This document shows, one piece after another, positions 13,501 to 25,800 of a DNA stretch of 64,000 nucleotides (position 1 is the first letter of the stretch; each line of letters starts with the position of its first letter). The position numbers and the translations under genes were made by a program. The notes beneath the pieces were generated by a model that had not been told where the DNA came from, did no database searches, and saw only the letters and a list, made by a program, of their open reading frames with translations. This stretch comes from Bilabrum cf. latius. Taxonomy: Eukaryota. The stretch lies in NCBI GenBank assembly GCA_965178125.1, contig OZ237740.1, positions 806,001 through 870,000 of the forward strand, read 5' to 3'.

Positions 13501-13603
13501 GGCCTACTTTTTGGTCTCGACTGGGCGATGCGGTGGCGGGGGCGGGTCGGATGACGGGGGGTACTACGCTTCTTCGTCCCAGTACAACCAGATGCTCGAC
13601 TGA
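7595..13603 (+). CDS. Large type I membrane/surface protein (2002 aa) with repeated PPC-like beta-sandwich modules
   Basis: Single exon if TAG=Gln (in-frame TAG at 7847, 8012, 8018, 9092, 11624, 13067; stop TGA 13601). Signal peptide MRSLSVLLPFVACFGAVA; recurring DLYV/DVFV/DVEVYV strands; Pro-rich stalk; C-terminal TM helix IAGIVIGALVGVGLVGGLAYFLV; short Tyr-containing tail. Confidence 0.85.
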
Positions 13604-14157
13604 TGCAGCACCATGCGGAGATTGGTGCTGGACTGGATTGCTCGTGGCCGAGCCGGGGGGGGGGGCGCAGGCGCGGAAGCAGTCCACGGGCTGCTTCGGA
13701 TCTGTTCTCATCTCGGTGGGGAGTTCCACTGTTATCGTATCTGTGGGTACATGCGGCCTTCAACGGAGAGACATCTTGCCGCTACTTTCGAGAGTCCGCG
13801 GGCCCAGAGGTCCGCCGGCGGTGGTTCCGGTTTCTCTCTGCTGCGTCGTTGATTTCGCCGAAACCCTGCATTACTTAATATTTTCAGTCAAATTCGCATG
13901 GGATCTGTACACAATTAAAATTGCCATGAGTGGTTAGAGGGGGCAAGTGAGACAAACTCTTCGGCCACATTTTGCGGCTCTTTCTGCCGCGCGCGCACAG
14001 ATTGATCTGCTTGTTCATATGTCTCTCTGCAGGTTGGCCATGCGCAGGGCGGCGTAGATGGCATCCATTCCAGGTCCCAATCATCTGCCCAATCATGGTG
14101 TGAGACGCTGCGGGTGCATGCGCCCGTGCTGCATCGCCACGAAACGAAAGCAATCAA

Positions 14158-17100
14158 ATGGAACTGGTGCGCCTTGTCTTGTAGCTTTCACTCCACCATG
14201 CTGCAGCCCTACTGTCTGCCGTATCTGGCGTTCTCGGTGGTCTTAGTGGGGGAGGCAACAGCCGCCGGAGACAACGACGTCCCACTGTCGCAAGCCCAAC
14301 ACTAAATCGGCATGTTCAGCCTGGCTCTGGTGACAAGCAAGCCGGTCGCCCGCCTCTGGTGAGGCCGAAACAAGATACAGGTTCTATCGATAAAATCGAA
14401 ACGAAGTCGCAAGGCAGCGAGACAGGATAGCAGAACGTCGCTGCGGGATCTGCGCACTCCTACACCAGCGAGCGTGGCGTGGTCGGGCCAGCCACGGTCG
14501 AATCAGGTTCTAAGCAAGAGGTAAAGCCGGGTGAAAATGGTTCAACCTCTGCAGCCCCGACTGCCTCTGCGAGCCAGGGCCAAGAGGCAGCTAGCGAGCA
14601 AAAGGGTAGTGAACGCGATTCCGACGAGCTGCGGCATAGCCTCGGTGATCAGGCTAGCGGCGCGGGCGGGAAAAGGAAGACGCTGCCCCCTGCTGTTGTC
14701 CGCACCATGGAACAAATTGCCAGGAGGCACATGCTGGCGAGGCAGGGTAGCATCAAGGGTGGGCTTGTCGGAGGTGGCGGCATTGCCGGTGGCTCTGCCG
14801 CAGGCGGGGCGGATGGGCCGCAGCCCAGGAAGAGGTCTCTGCGCGAGCGCCTAAAGAACCGAAAGCTTGAAATGCAGCAGCTACAGAAGAGCCTGAAGAG
14901 CACTAAGTCTGGCGCGCCTCTGCAGCTGCCGGCCGATCCTGATTTCGGTAGTCCAGCCATGGGCCCTGGCAGTGTTGCAGGTATGCAGCCGGGTCTCAAG
15001 TCGGACCAAGCAGCACGGAGGGCAGCTGACTCTGATGGAGCCAGTGCCACAAGCAAGGGCAAGCAAACGGTGGGCAACTTCAGCGCGGCCTCACTAGAGG
15101 GCACACCATCAGGGGGTGCCACGGGGCACGGGAATGTTGGTGCTGGCACGGCTGAACTGGGAACAAGGTCCCACCGACGAACAACGGATAATATTGTTCT
15201 TCCCGGGGCGTCAGATGATGCGACGGCTTTTCGAAGTGGTGCCTCCAGGGATTCAGTGAGGCAGGGGTTCCCGGGACTGCCACACACTACGGGCACGTAC
15301 AGCAGCTTGCAACCTGCTGGGGGCTCCGAAGAGGTGCAAAGGTTGAGGCAGAGGGTCGCAGAGCTTGAGGCACAGCTTAAGCAGCTTGAAGAGGTCCGCA
15401 GTGCAGTACATGACACGAGGGACCGGCTCGTGAGGCAAGAAAAGCAGGATCAAGCCAACCTGCAGGCGGTCCGAGACATCGTGGCGGGCTGGCGAGAGGA
15501 AGCCAGGAGCTTCGTGTCGGCCCTGCCAGCTGAGGAGGGGCGACAGCTGGCACAGCGATGGGAAGAGCGCACCGTGGCGCTGGCTCGACGCGAAGCCGTA
15601 GCCAAATCGCAGCGCGCAGCAGCGGAGCTGAAGCGCTCCATCCGAAGCCTAGAGCTGCGTCAGGCTGCGTTGCAAAGCAGCACGCTCAGCGGGGGCATGC
15701 GAGATGTCGCGAACTCGCTGTTAGGCTTCTTCCTGCAGGGCCTTCTCATGTTCCTGGCCCATGTTGGCGTTCCGATGATCCGTCCGTTCCTAGCTTGCAT
15801 GGCGTGGGCCCGGCCTGGATTGCGGAAGAATTGCCCGATCGTGTTGTCGGTGCTGGATTGCGAATGCTGCTGTCCGTCAGGTTCAGATGGGGATGATGAC
15901 GACTCTGAGGCAGAAGGTGATGGCAGCAGTGCAGGCCTCGGGCCAGAGGGCGTGATGCCGGTGGAAGGGCGCTGGGAGCGTGACGATCGCCGCAGTAGCC
16001 CAAGGGACGGGCGTGGCCACCGCAGCGGCCACAGTCGCTACCGAGACCACCGCCAGTCGTCTCGCTTCGGGCCGTCTGGGCGCAGGCCGCAATCGACCCG
16101 CTGGGATCATCCAGAGGATGGGCCCGTGGACAAGCCCGACCGGTGGCAGGATCAGCGTGTGGCCCGGGGACCCTAGCGACCCCACACCTCTCGCCATCGT
16201 AGCGGGGTGCTCGATCACTCAGGCAACCAGACCAGTGGCAGCGGAGCAGGGATGCAGCACGAAAGGAGACAAGAGTTGGGGCGCGGTGATGCGCACTACG
16301 GGGGTTCGGAGGGGTCTCCTGGTATGTATCCGCAACGCAGCGGAGGCCTCTTCGGGGCAGCGGGCTAGCAAGGAAACCGTCGCATGGGCTGGCCGCACCG
16401 GGATTCGCACGCAAACTCTGGGAGCAGCACGCCGAGCGAGTGGGGCATGCCAACGCCGAAAGATGGCCAGCAGCACACGCACGGGTATCCTTCGGCCGAT
16501 GTGGCGGGGCGGCCAGCCTGGGAAGACGGAAGTCCGCAGCGAGATTCTCGGTAGGGCGAGCTAGCTCCCGACGTACCGGAAGGCCGGGAAGCTGACGGGC
16601 GCATCGCTGCTGGAATGGTCCGATCCTTGCAGCAATTCGCGTCTTCGAGGGGCTTCAACTCCGCCATGCCTGGCGGTGGGCAGGGCAGGCTCGGATCGCG
16701 CGCAGACAGCGGTAGGTTGGACAGTGCGGGCGACAGCGCATCGGACTCTGAGAGGGACGCGCGAGATGGCCCTCACCCAACCCGACCAGATGGACAGACT
16801 GACAGCAGATTGGCAGCAGTGGAATCGAGCTCTCCTGGCCGACCCCCGCTGGCACCAGCACGGCGCGGGGAAGAAGTGGGACCTTGGAGCCGGCGCGATG
16901 CTCATGCTGCTGATGGGTGGCGCCGGCCGGAAGGTGGCGGGGACAACGTGTTCGCATAGGACAGTCCTGCGATGGCAGGTCTGGCCGGGAGCGCCCACCC
17001 CCTTGGTGCTGGTTCTGCAGGCAGACGAAGCAACTTGGACAGCGCCCAGGGTTCGGGAATGGGCGGGGCTGTCCACGACGGGGAGCATTTGCCCCCCTCC

Positions 17101-17580
17101 TCGTCTGGTGGGGGCGGAGGCGTATCTTCCTCGCGTCATTCGTCCTTCGACTTTGAGGATGATGCCATTCGGGCGATGGCTGGTGATAGATACAGAACCG
17201 AGCCGCGAGACTACCAGCGGTACGCACCAGGTGGTCCCATTGCAGCCGGGCGACCGATGCCCGGGTCCGGTCGGGGGACTGGCAGCGCGCGCCATGCCGG
17301 TGGATTTCCTCGTCCTCGAGAAGCGGTCGATCAGCGAGGCGGCGGATGGCAAAACAGTCGGTCTTTGTAGAGACGCCCCGCTCAGTATCCCACCGCCGCA
17401 CGGCCGGGGCGCGATGTGACAGAGCGCGGCGGCGGGCAACGTCGTGCTCACCCGCGGCTAGACCGGAACCCTGAACAAAGGATCGGCTCCGTGGATGGCA
17501 CAGCGGGTGAATTCGAAGCATCTCGGGCTGCCTCGCTTGACAACGGCCCGAACAGCATGGGTGTTCGTCGAAGGCGCTGA
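14158..17580 (+). CDS. Hypothetical protein (~1140 aa) with a coiled coil, one hydrophobic segment and G/R/S-rich disordered regions
   Basis: One frame broken only by TAG (14182, 14428, 16174, 16366, 16552, 16957, 17368) up to TGA 17578-17580. Heptad region VQRLRQRVAELEAQLKQLEEV; hydrophobic stretch LLGFFLQGLLMFLAHVGVPMI followed by a Cys cluster. Start codon uncertain. Confidence 0.65.
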
Positions 17581-17995
17581 GGGTATCAGTGTTTCATGCA
17601 GCATTCTTTGCCCCGTGCCCATCCATCCCAGTCGGCAGTTTTTAATCGTTGTGCGTGCCACAGGTGCTACCGCACAGGCTTTCCACGCGTGGTGCTACTG
17701 AATGCGCCTAATCCCGGCACAAGAGGGTACCGACAAACCATCTCGTTCATTGGCAGCTTATCTGAACTCCTACCACTTGGATCTATTCCGTCGAGTGCTC
17801 GAGTCTGCTTAGTAGCGTGTAATTTGATCAAGTAACAGACGGCCGTGGCAACGGCTCAAGATTATATGCGATTCTGCGTATTTCAAGGCGCCTGAAATCT
17901 ATTACTCGCGACCAAAGCATTAAAATTTGATTGAAGTATCATTCTCTTTGGTTGTTGTGGCCAAAAGAGGCCGTTGACGAGAAAAGAAGAAGGTC

Positions 17996-20900
17996 ATGCC
18001 AAGGCGACGGAAGCCCGAGCGCAAAGCTTGGTCGAAGGAGGAAGATGGGCTCGTTACAACGTTAGTGGAAAAGTATGGCATATAGAATTGGTCTGCAATT
18101 GCAGACGACATGAATCGGGAGCTGCGGCGGCGCGGTTCCACGAAGCACCGCTCCGGCAAGCAGATTCGGACGCGGTGGCTCAACCACCTAGACCCCACGA
18201 TCAAGAAGGAGCCGTGGTCGGAGCAAGAAGAAAAAATGCTTGCTGAAGGGGTGAAGCAAGTGGGGCACAAGTGGGCACTGGTAAGCGATCACCCGTCTGC
18301 CGGCTTGATGGTCGCTACACTTGGTTTCCATCGACAAGACCGTGTCTCCCATCCTGTGTCCTTTTCGCAGATCGCAAGGCAGCTTCCAGGACGGTAAGAG
18401 CAATATAAAAGCCAGCGTCGAGCGGAAAGCCGGCTGCTTTTCGATGCTGCGTATGGTTTTCATTGTCGGCTTCTCATCCAATTGCAGGACGGATAATGCC
18501 ATTAAGAACCACTGGTACAGCACGATGAGGCGAAACTTTCGAAAAATAACCAAAGAAACCTAGAAAAGGATTGACTACTACGGCGACCGTGCCTTAGTCA
18601 AGTGAGTCGCGGAAGGTCGGCACCATTTGGGATGACGCGCTGTCTGTGCTTAGCGCGGTGCTTCACTCGCATGACTTTACGGTTCTTTTCGCAGTATTAC
18701 CGAAATAATCGATGAATTGGCACAGACAGATGGGATGCAGTACAGACGCTGCTACGAGATACTCAAGGAGCAGATTTCGTCGGGCAAAGGGCTGGCTGCA
18801 ATCCCTGGCCTCGACATCAGCGCCATCCCCATGCCGGGCGCAGGCGGGGTGCAGGGCGCTGTCGCTCCACCTGTACGGAGAAGATTCGCCAGTGGATACT
18901 CTTCCACGGCAGGGTCTAGCCAGGCCGTCGCAGCCGTGATTGAGGCTGCCGGCGGCGTAATCCCGTCGGCGGGCAAGCGCAAGCGGCAAGCCTCGTCCAC
19001 GCCAGAGGCAGACCCTGCCCCGCTAGTCGGGGCGCTAGGCTGGGGGTATCCTCGCGGCTAGATCCCGCCTGGGGCTCTCCAAGGGCGCAGCGAGGAGCCC
19101 TCGGCGAAGAAGAGGCGCATAGAGCACGAGGAGGAGGAGGACAACGAAGAAGCAGAAGAAGACGAGGGCGAGGGCGAGGGCGAGGGCAAGGGTCAGGGTC
19201 AGGGTCAGGGAAGGCGCGCGAGCCGTGGCAGGCGACGGCGCTCCCGGCCGAACCTCTCGGTTGCAACCGGCGATGAGGGGACAAACGCACGCAGCGAGTC
19301 AAGCTCCAGCACGGGCTCCTCCGCCCGCAGATCCGCCCGCATCCGAACGATAGCCAGGTCATCGATGAAGCGGAAGGCGAGGGACGGGCTGAGCCGCATG
19401 GCGCTGCTGGCCCAGAGCGCTTCTACACTGGTTGATGAACACATGCTGTTGGGTGATCTGCCTCCTGGAGATTCGAACGCGCCCGACGCGTCTTCCGCCG
19501 CTCAACCGTAGAACCGAGGCACGGAGGGCGCGGGGCAGGCGCAGACTGGACCGGGTCCTCTCGAGTACTTATCCCCGGCCACTGGCTCCATGACGGTGAT
19601 GACACCGTCTGGCACACGGGTGGCTCTGCCGGTGGGTCCGATGTCGGGTGGTCTCCCGGGTACGTTCTGGCCGGTGAAGGGCAGCGGTAGCATCGGATGG
19701 ACCACTAGCACAACCCAGGCCCCGCCTGCATCCACGCGCGGCGTGGTGTTCGCGATTCCAAGCAGCGGGGCTGCGCAGCCCATCAGAACAACAGGAAGGG
19801 GTTCCAGCTCAGGCTAGAGCTCGAGCGCAAGCTCCAGCTCAAGCTCAAGCAGCAGTGCTGCTCTCACCGCATCGAATGCGAGCGCCCCCACCTCTGACGC
19901 TACCGCGAGCGCTCTGCCTGCTTCAGGCGCTGACCCGCAGGCTGCACCCGACGATGGGCAGCAGGACGATGGATCCAGAGAACAAACGCTGGGTCAATTC
20001 ATTGCCTTTGCGGACGGAACTGCCATGCCAATGGAGTAGTACATTGCGCAGTATGCACAGGCGAATGGCCTGCTGTCCGCCCCCATCCCGCTCCCTGTAC
20101 AGCCGGGCCCCATGGCAGGGCAGTTTGTTGCTGGAGCGCCTCATTTTGCGCAGTAGGGCCAGATGCGCATGCCGACGCTGCACGACTTGCACCCGCACTA
20201 GGTGGCCATGATTCCCGGTCAGCAGATTGTGTTTGGGAGCGGGGACCAGGCAGGCATGGTGCACGTCGTACAGGGCACAGCGGTGTCGGCAGGCCAGGCG
20301 TAGACGAGCTCTTCGAGTAGCGCACCTGCATCGGCCGAAGCTGGCGATGAACAGCGCCTGCAGCTAAGCCTGGCCGAGATTCCGGTCGCCCCTGTGGCTG
20401 CTTCGAGTGGCCCAGCAACTGCCCACTCGCAGTCTGAAATGCACACGGTGTCTGCAGCATACCAATCAGGCAGCCAGGGCCTGTACCACCTGGCTGGTGC
20501 TGCGATGCAACAGACTGTGGCCGCCGCCGCCCACACGACTTCGTCATCTTTGCCAAGCAACGGGTCGGCGCTAAGCCAGGGAACCCGCAGTTCAGGCCTG
20601 CATGCTCAAAGGGGGGCGACGGCCTCCAGCACGAGCCCCTTGGACTAGGAGAGCGAGGGCCGCCAGATGGTTCGGGATGCCATTCCGCGCGACCAAACGC
20701 TGCTTCGGATGAGCGTCCCGGCCCGCGAGATCCCTTCACACCGGCACGGCGCCAAGCGAAGAAAGGGAAGAGGCAGGCACTTGCAGGCGCTTGGTACAGG
20801 CGACGCCATCGAGGTGCAGCCGGGGCCACTGACCCTGTCCATGCGCCAGCAGAGCGGCCAGCCACAAGGTGCTTCGAGAGCCGGCAGAGCAGCAGACGCT

Positions 20901-22625
20901 GAGAGTAACACGGATTCAGAGCCGTCCCGAGAACCCACGCCCATCCCCGAAGCTGGAACCGGGGAGCCTCCGCTCGAGCAGCTAGGGGGTTCGTCATCTG
21001 GTTCACTGGAGAAGGAAACCAACGCGGACGGGCAGTCTCCAGGCAGCCCTTCCTCTGGTTCAAACGCAGCGTCTACTAGGGAGGCTTCGGGTGTGCAGCC
21101 ACACCAGCAGCAGTCCATGTCGCACGTCATCATGTCTGATATTGGGCTAGGAGAGGCGCCGGCTACAGCCATTTTTGTCCCTCAAATGGTACACAACCCT
21201 CAGATGGTTGCTCACGCATAGCTAATTCACCCTTCGGTGGTACAGGTGGTACCCCACGGCTTCTAGCAAGTCCGTGTGGTGACCTCAGCAGGCATGTACC
21301 CCGGGGGAATGCCGCTGCATGCCATACCACAGCAAAGCCAGAGCCCCAGGAGTTAGACAGAAGTCTCCCCTGACGGCACTGCCCGCGTACGGCTGATCAG
21401 CACCAGCGGTACCCATCGGCAGGTGATCTTGCCAAAGAGTCCTGCCAGCCAAACGCAGAACCTGCTGGATTTAGCTGCTCTGGCAGAGGAGGCTCACAAG
21501 AGCGAGACGGAGTCGAGAAGGAAATCGGAGGACACTTCCAGGCAGGAGAACAATACAACCGATTAGCAAAGTGGTACAGTAAGTGGGGGCAGAGGGGGGC
21601 TCGATGGGCTAGTGTCCGTCACCCCGCTCGGCAGGGGGCAGCAGGACAGGTCCGATGCACCGACCCATGGAGCCATCCTCTCTCCCGCGGCAGCAGCAGC
21701 AGCAGGCGCAGGCACGGGCGCAGGCGCAGTCACTGGCCCGTCGTCCACTCATTCTGGTGCAGCAGAAGACGTTCTGGGGTTGCATTCGGTCCGCAGACCT
21801 GGTCTTGGCCTGGTCGTTGGGATCAACTTGGACAGCGCCAGGAGCGGCGCGGCTGCAAGAGGCACCACCAGAGCTGGCCGTGACGGCACGCCTGCTGATA
21901 GCAGCCGACCAAACGCAAACGATGCATCCACTGCTGCCAACGCGCGGCGAGCCAAGAAGAAGAAGCCTGCAATGTTCCGGTTCGATGAAGCCGACGTGGC
22001 CCGCGCTGCTGCTGGGGGCATCGGTTACAGCGGAGGCCAACCAGGCACCCTCGGCGTGGCTGACGTGCGTCCGGCAGTCGATCAGAAAGGTGATAGCGCA
22101 GCTGTTAAAACAGAGTCATCCTCATCCTCATCCTCATCCTCATCCTCATCCTCATCCTCATCATCATCATCATCAGCGGCGGCTGGCTCTGGCCATGGTA
22201 TAGGCACCGGCGAGGAGAACGGTGACGGCGTGCAGCCACCGCGCATCCCGTCACTGGAGTCATCTGCGCAAGATAGCAGCTGGAAGCGTGCCATAGAGAC
22301 GGAAGAATCGCCTCGCCGTGAACGCGGGTCGCCAAGCACCCGTTCTGGCGGCCGATCGGCCGCACGCTCCGGCAGCGCCATGGCCGCAAGCACTTCAATG
22401 GAGACCGCGCAGAGTGATGAAGCGCGAGGCAGCGCCGGGGCCCTCCCGTTCAGCGGCAGGGATTCATCGGCGAGGGGAAGAGGCTGGAATTCAAGCTCAG
22501 GGGATGCCTAGGCAGAGGCTACCTCCCCTTCGTCCGCGGCGGATGGAGCCATCCTGTCGCCGGCAGCCGAAGGCGTGCGGCCCTTCGGTCCGGCCAGCAG
22601 TCGGGCCTCCCAGTACGAAACGTGA
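17996..22625 (+). CDS. R2R3-type Myb transcription factor with a long low-complexity C-terminus
   Basis: WSKEEDGLVTTLVEKYGI(TAG)NWSAIA...RSGKQIRTRWLNHLDPTIKKEPWSEQEE...GHKWAL/IARQLPGR/TDNAIKNHWYS. Introns 18281-18370, 18394-18487 and 18602-18694. The last exon has many in-frame TAGs and ends at TGA 22623-22625. Confidence 0.9.
22116..22175 (+). repeat. (TCATCC)n/(TCA)n microsatellite encoding poly-Ser inside the Myb CDS
   Basis: Tandem hexamer then trimer repeat visible directly, in frame as a run of Ser. Confidence 0.9.
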
Positions 22626-22808
22626 TATTCCTGCATACATGAATGTGGCTGTGTCGTAAGTGTATATTACTACCTGTATCTGAGATGTAGACTGCCATCG
22701 CAACAAAACAACCATTGATCCACGGATCGCGCGGCGCCGCCGGCGCGGGTCCCCGGAACCTCAGCCTTGGGGTTCGGAACGCCACAGCAAAGGCACAAAG
22801 CTCTACCA

Positions 22809-25800
22809 ATGGATCGAAGTGCGCTTTTGTCTGGCAAGGAGGAGCGTATTTGGCGCTCTGCTGCCTTCGCTGGGCACTTTGCGGATGTCTTTACGGAAAG
22901 TAAGAAAGAAATGCCATGGTCTGCTCCCGTGCTGCTGGTGCCCACTAGGAGAGTCGATGCTGTCCATCACATCCTACCATTGCAGATACCGAGGTGCAAG
23001 GTGGGCATATTGCACCATCTCTTGATGCAATGGCGTACCTTTTGTCGCGAGTGGCGGACGATGAGACGCACCTCCAATCGCTGTCGACAGAACAGCGGCA
23101 GCTTCTGCGATCTTTCGCTACTCTATTCATCCCTGCCGCGCGAGACAGCCGAACGATAAAGCACGCTGGAGATAAAGGGAGACGCCTTATTCGTGCGGTT
23201 CAATCGGTGAAAGATCGCCTTGAATCCATGGAGGTTGGGGATTTTCAGGTTGTTGCTGGTGGTGAGCCACAATCTGCTTGCGTGCGCGATCAATTACTGT
23301 GTTTATGTGCTTGCCATAGGGCCCCTAGCTGAATCAATGTTGCTTGAGCGTGTGATCCGTTTTCCACGTTTGATTCTTTGAACTCGCATACTAGTATCGC
23401 AGGATGGGCGCAACCGGGTGGGGGGCACGCGATCATGTACATCGTGGAGAAGACGAGCGAGACGAAGTGCACGTTTACAGTGTGCAACACGGGCGATGGC
23501 ATCGAGGCACACCCTTCCGCCAACGACCAGTTCCCAGATCCGGCCAGAGTCCGCACATCCGTGTCGCTCGAGCAGGTCGAGATGTCGCGAGTGACGGACC
23601 CTGCCACCCTTTTCATGCTCTTCCAGCTCCAAGCAACAGCCAAGAACTCGCACCACAAGTACGCCTTCTACGGTGTCATCCTCCCGTACATCGCCGGCGG
23701 TCCCGTGGGCAAGGCCATCGAGAGCTCTTCAAAAAATGGCCCCTACCGCACTCCCCAAAGGTCTGGGACCTGCTACTACAGGTGCGTGCTGGCCACGCTC
23801 AAGTACCTCATGGTCCGGAATGGGTTCGACGAGAGGGCTCAAAAGGAAGTTACCTACTGCCTTCGGCTGAGGTACATGCTCGTGGCGCTGCGGCAGCTAT
23901 CCGTTGGCCTTGGCCTGGAGGCTGTCTTCGCTGCTGGAGCCAGCAAGGCGGCTCAAGCCTCCTCGGGCGCCGGAGCGAGCGAGTCTACCGATGGCGACAT
24001 CAACCTGAGTACGCTCGACTCTGATGCGCCTCGAATCACTCGCAAGGTGCTCCGTGAGTGCACTCCGGTGCTGGCCTCGGAGTACGAGCCCGAGCAAGAA
24101 GAAGACGAGCAGGCGGACGATGACGGCAGCGACGAGGACGAAGGCGAGAAGGCTGGCGGCGCTGCCGAGGGAGGCAGTAAAACATAGTCTGCATCGCACA
24201 AAATCGTGGATCACAGCAAGGCTGGGTCTGGTGTCCCCCGCCACGCGAAGGAATACGCGCTGGCACCGCATGAGGTGAAATTGTTGGAGATTGGCATGAG
24301 GCAGACCGCGGTGGCCGCTCGAAAACTCAGCATCCGTGGGTGGATCAACACGGCAGGGCAGAGGCGCGTAAACACCTTGTGTGAAGAGATACGCAGGCTC
24401 ATTGTCCGTGCGGATGAAACGGGAGCAGCGTCTGTGTCCCTCGAGGACGACGTGCTGCACCCCGCTCTGGATGGACGGCGCGCGATCGCCGCTGGATCGG
24501 GCGACGGGAGCGTCTCGTTGGAGGCCTGGCAGTCCATGTACGATTCAGATGCGCTCATGCCTCCTCCCTTGCGCCTGGACAGCCTTGCTGTCACTTCAAG
24601 GGACTTCGCAGGCTTCGACCTCGTCGGTGACACTCGGGACACGGACGGTTTTCAGGGCGGAGCCAGCGAGGCGCTGCCGGAACTATTCATTGACATGGAG
24701 GAGAAAGACCCTGCGGCTACCAGCAGATCTGCCGCGGTCGCCACGGCTGGCGCGTCGGAATCGAAAGAAAGCGGCGACGGTGGCGCTGCGTCTGGGGCCG
24801 GCACCGACGACTGCGGTGCTCTGAGAGGTTCCGCAACTGACATTCTGCGCGATGAGGACGGCAGGCCAGTCGGGGGAAGCTTCGATGACACTGAAGCTCT
24901 CGTGTACCGTGTGGTCGAGCGAGTGAAAAAGCTGAGGCAGAGGTCGGAGCTCGGCCAAGGCAGCCTCGTGTTCCTCCAGCTGACGGGTGCGGTTGAGGAC
25001 GCTTTCGCAAGGCGGCTGCCAGTCGTGAAGCCCTGGGCAAAGTGGCGTACCCACCCCGATGCACCCAGGGATGCATGGACGCCCGCCCCAGGCGCCTTGA
25101 CGCTGGCTCGGCAGCGAAAACTGCTCAAGGCGCTCGAGTTCGTGCTCGGCAACTACCTCGCAGCGATGCGCTCCGTGTAGTATCAGAGGGAGCTTCAGGG
25201 CGTTCGGCTAGTTACCTCGGCCGCCATCTACTTTGCATTCGACTGGATCCTTCGGCTCAAGGCGGGCGACGAAGTCTCGCCTGTTGCAGCGAGGCTCGCC
25301 GCTCCCATGACGCATGAGGAGGGCAAGATCGTCCCGAAGGACGGAGAGCAGGAAGCTGACGAGGGTGCAGCCCACGAGGGTGCAGCCAAGTCGTCCACCG
25401 GGAGCGATGAATCCGAAAAGGTAGGCACTGACGCGGCGACCTCGTCTCACGTCCCAGATGGCGTGCACGCGTGGATACCGTTCTGCTCCTTGAACGGGGA
25501 GAGTCTCATGGATATGCTCTAGTGCGCACTCGTCACGCAGCCAGAGGTGGCTGTGGCGAGGGCCGACGCTCTACGATATGACACGGTCATGCAGGTCCTT
25601 GCAGAGAGCACAGCGTTCGAGATTCACGCTAACAAGCCGAAGCAGAGCACCAACGTACGGCTTCAAGAGAGCTCGCCAGAGGTGGAGTTTGCCCAAATGG
25701 CGATGAAGGCCTACGGTGTGTCGGAAAAATTGCCACCGGGAACAAATCGCAACACAAGGACAGACGGCGATACGCCCACCGATGTAGAGCGCGCGGCGCG

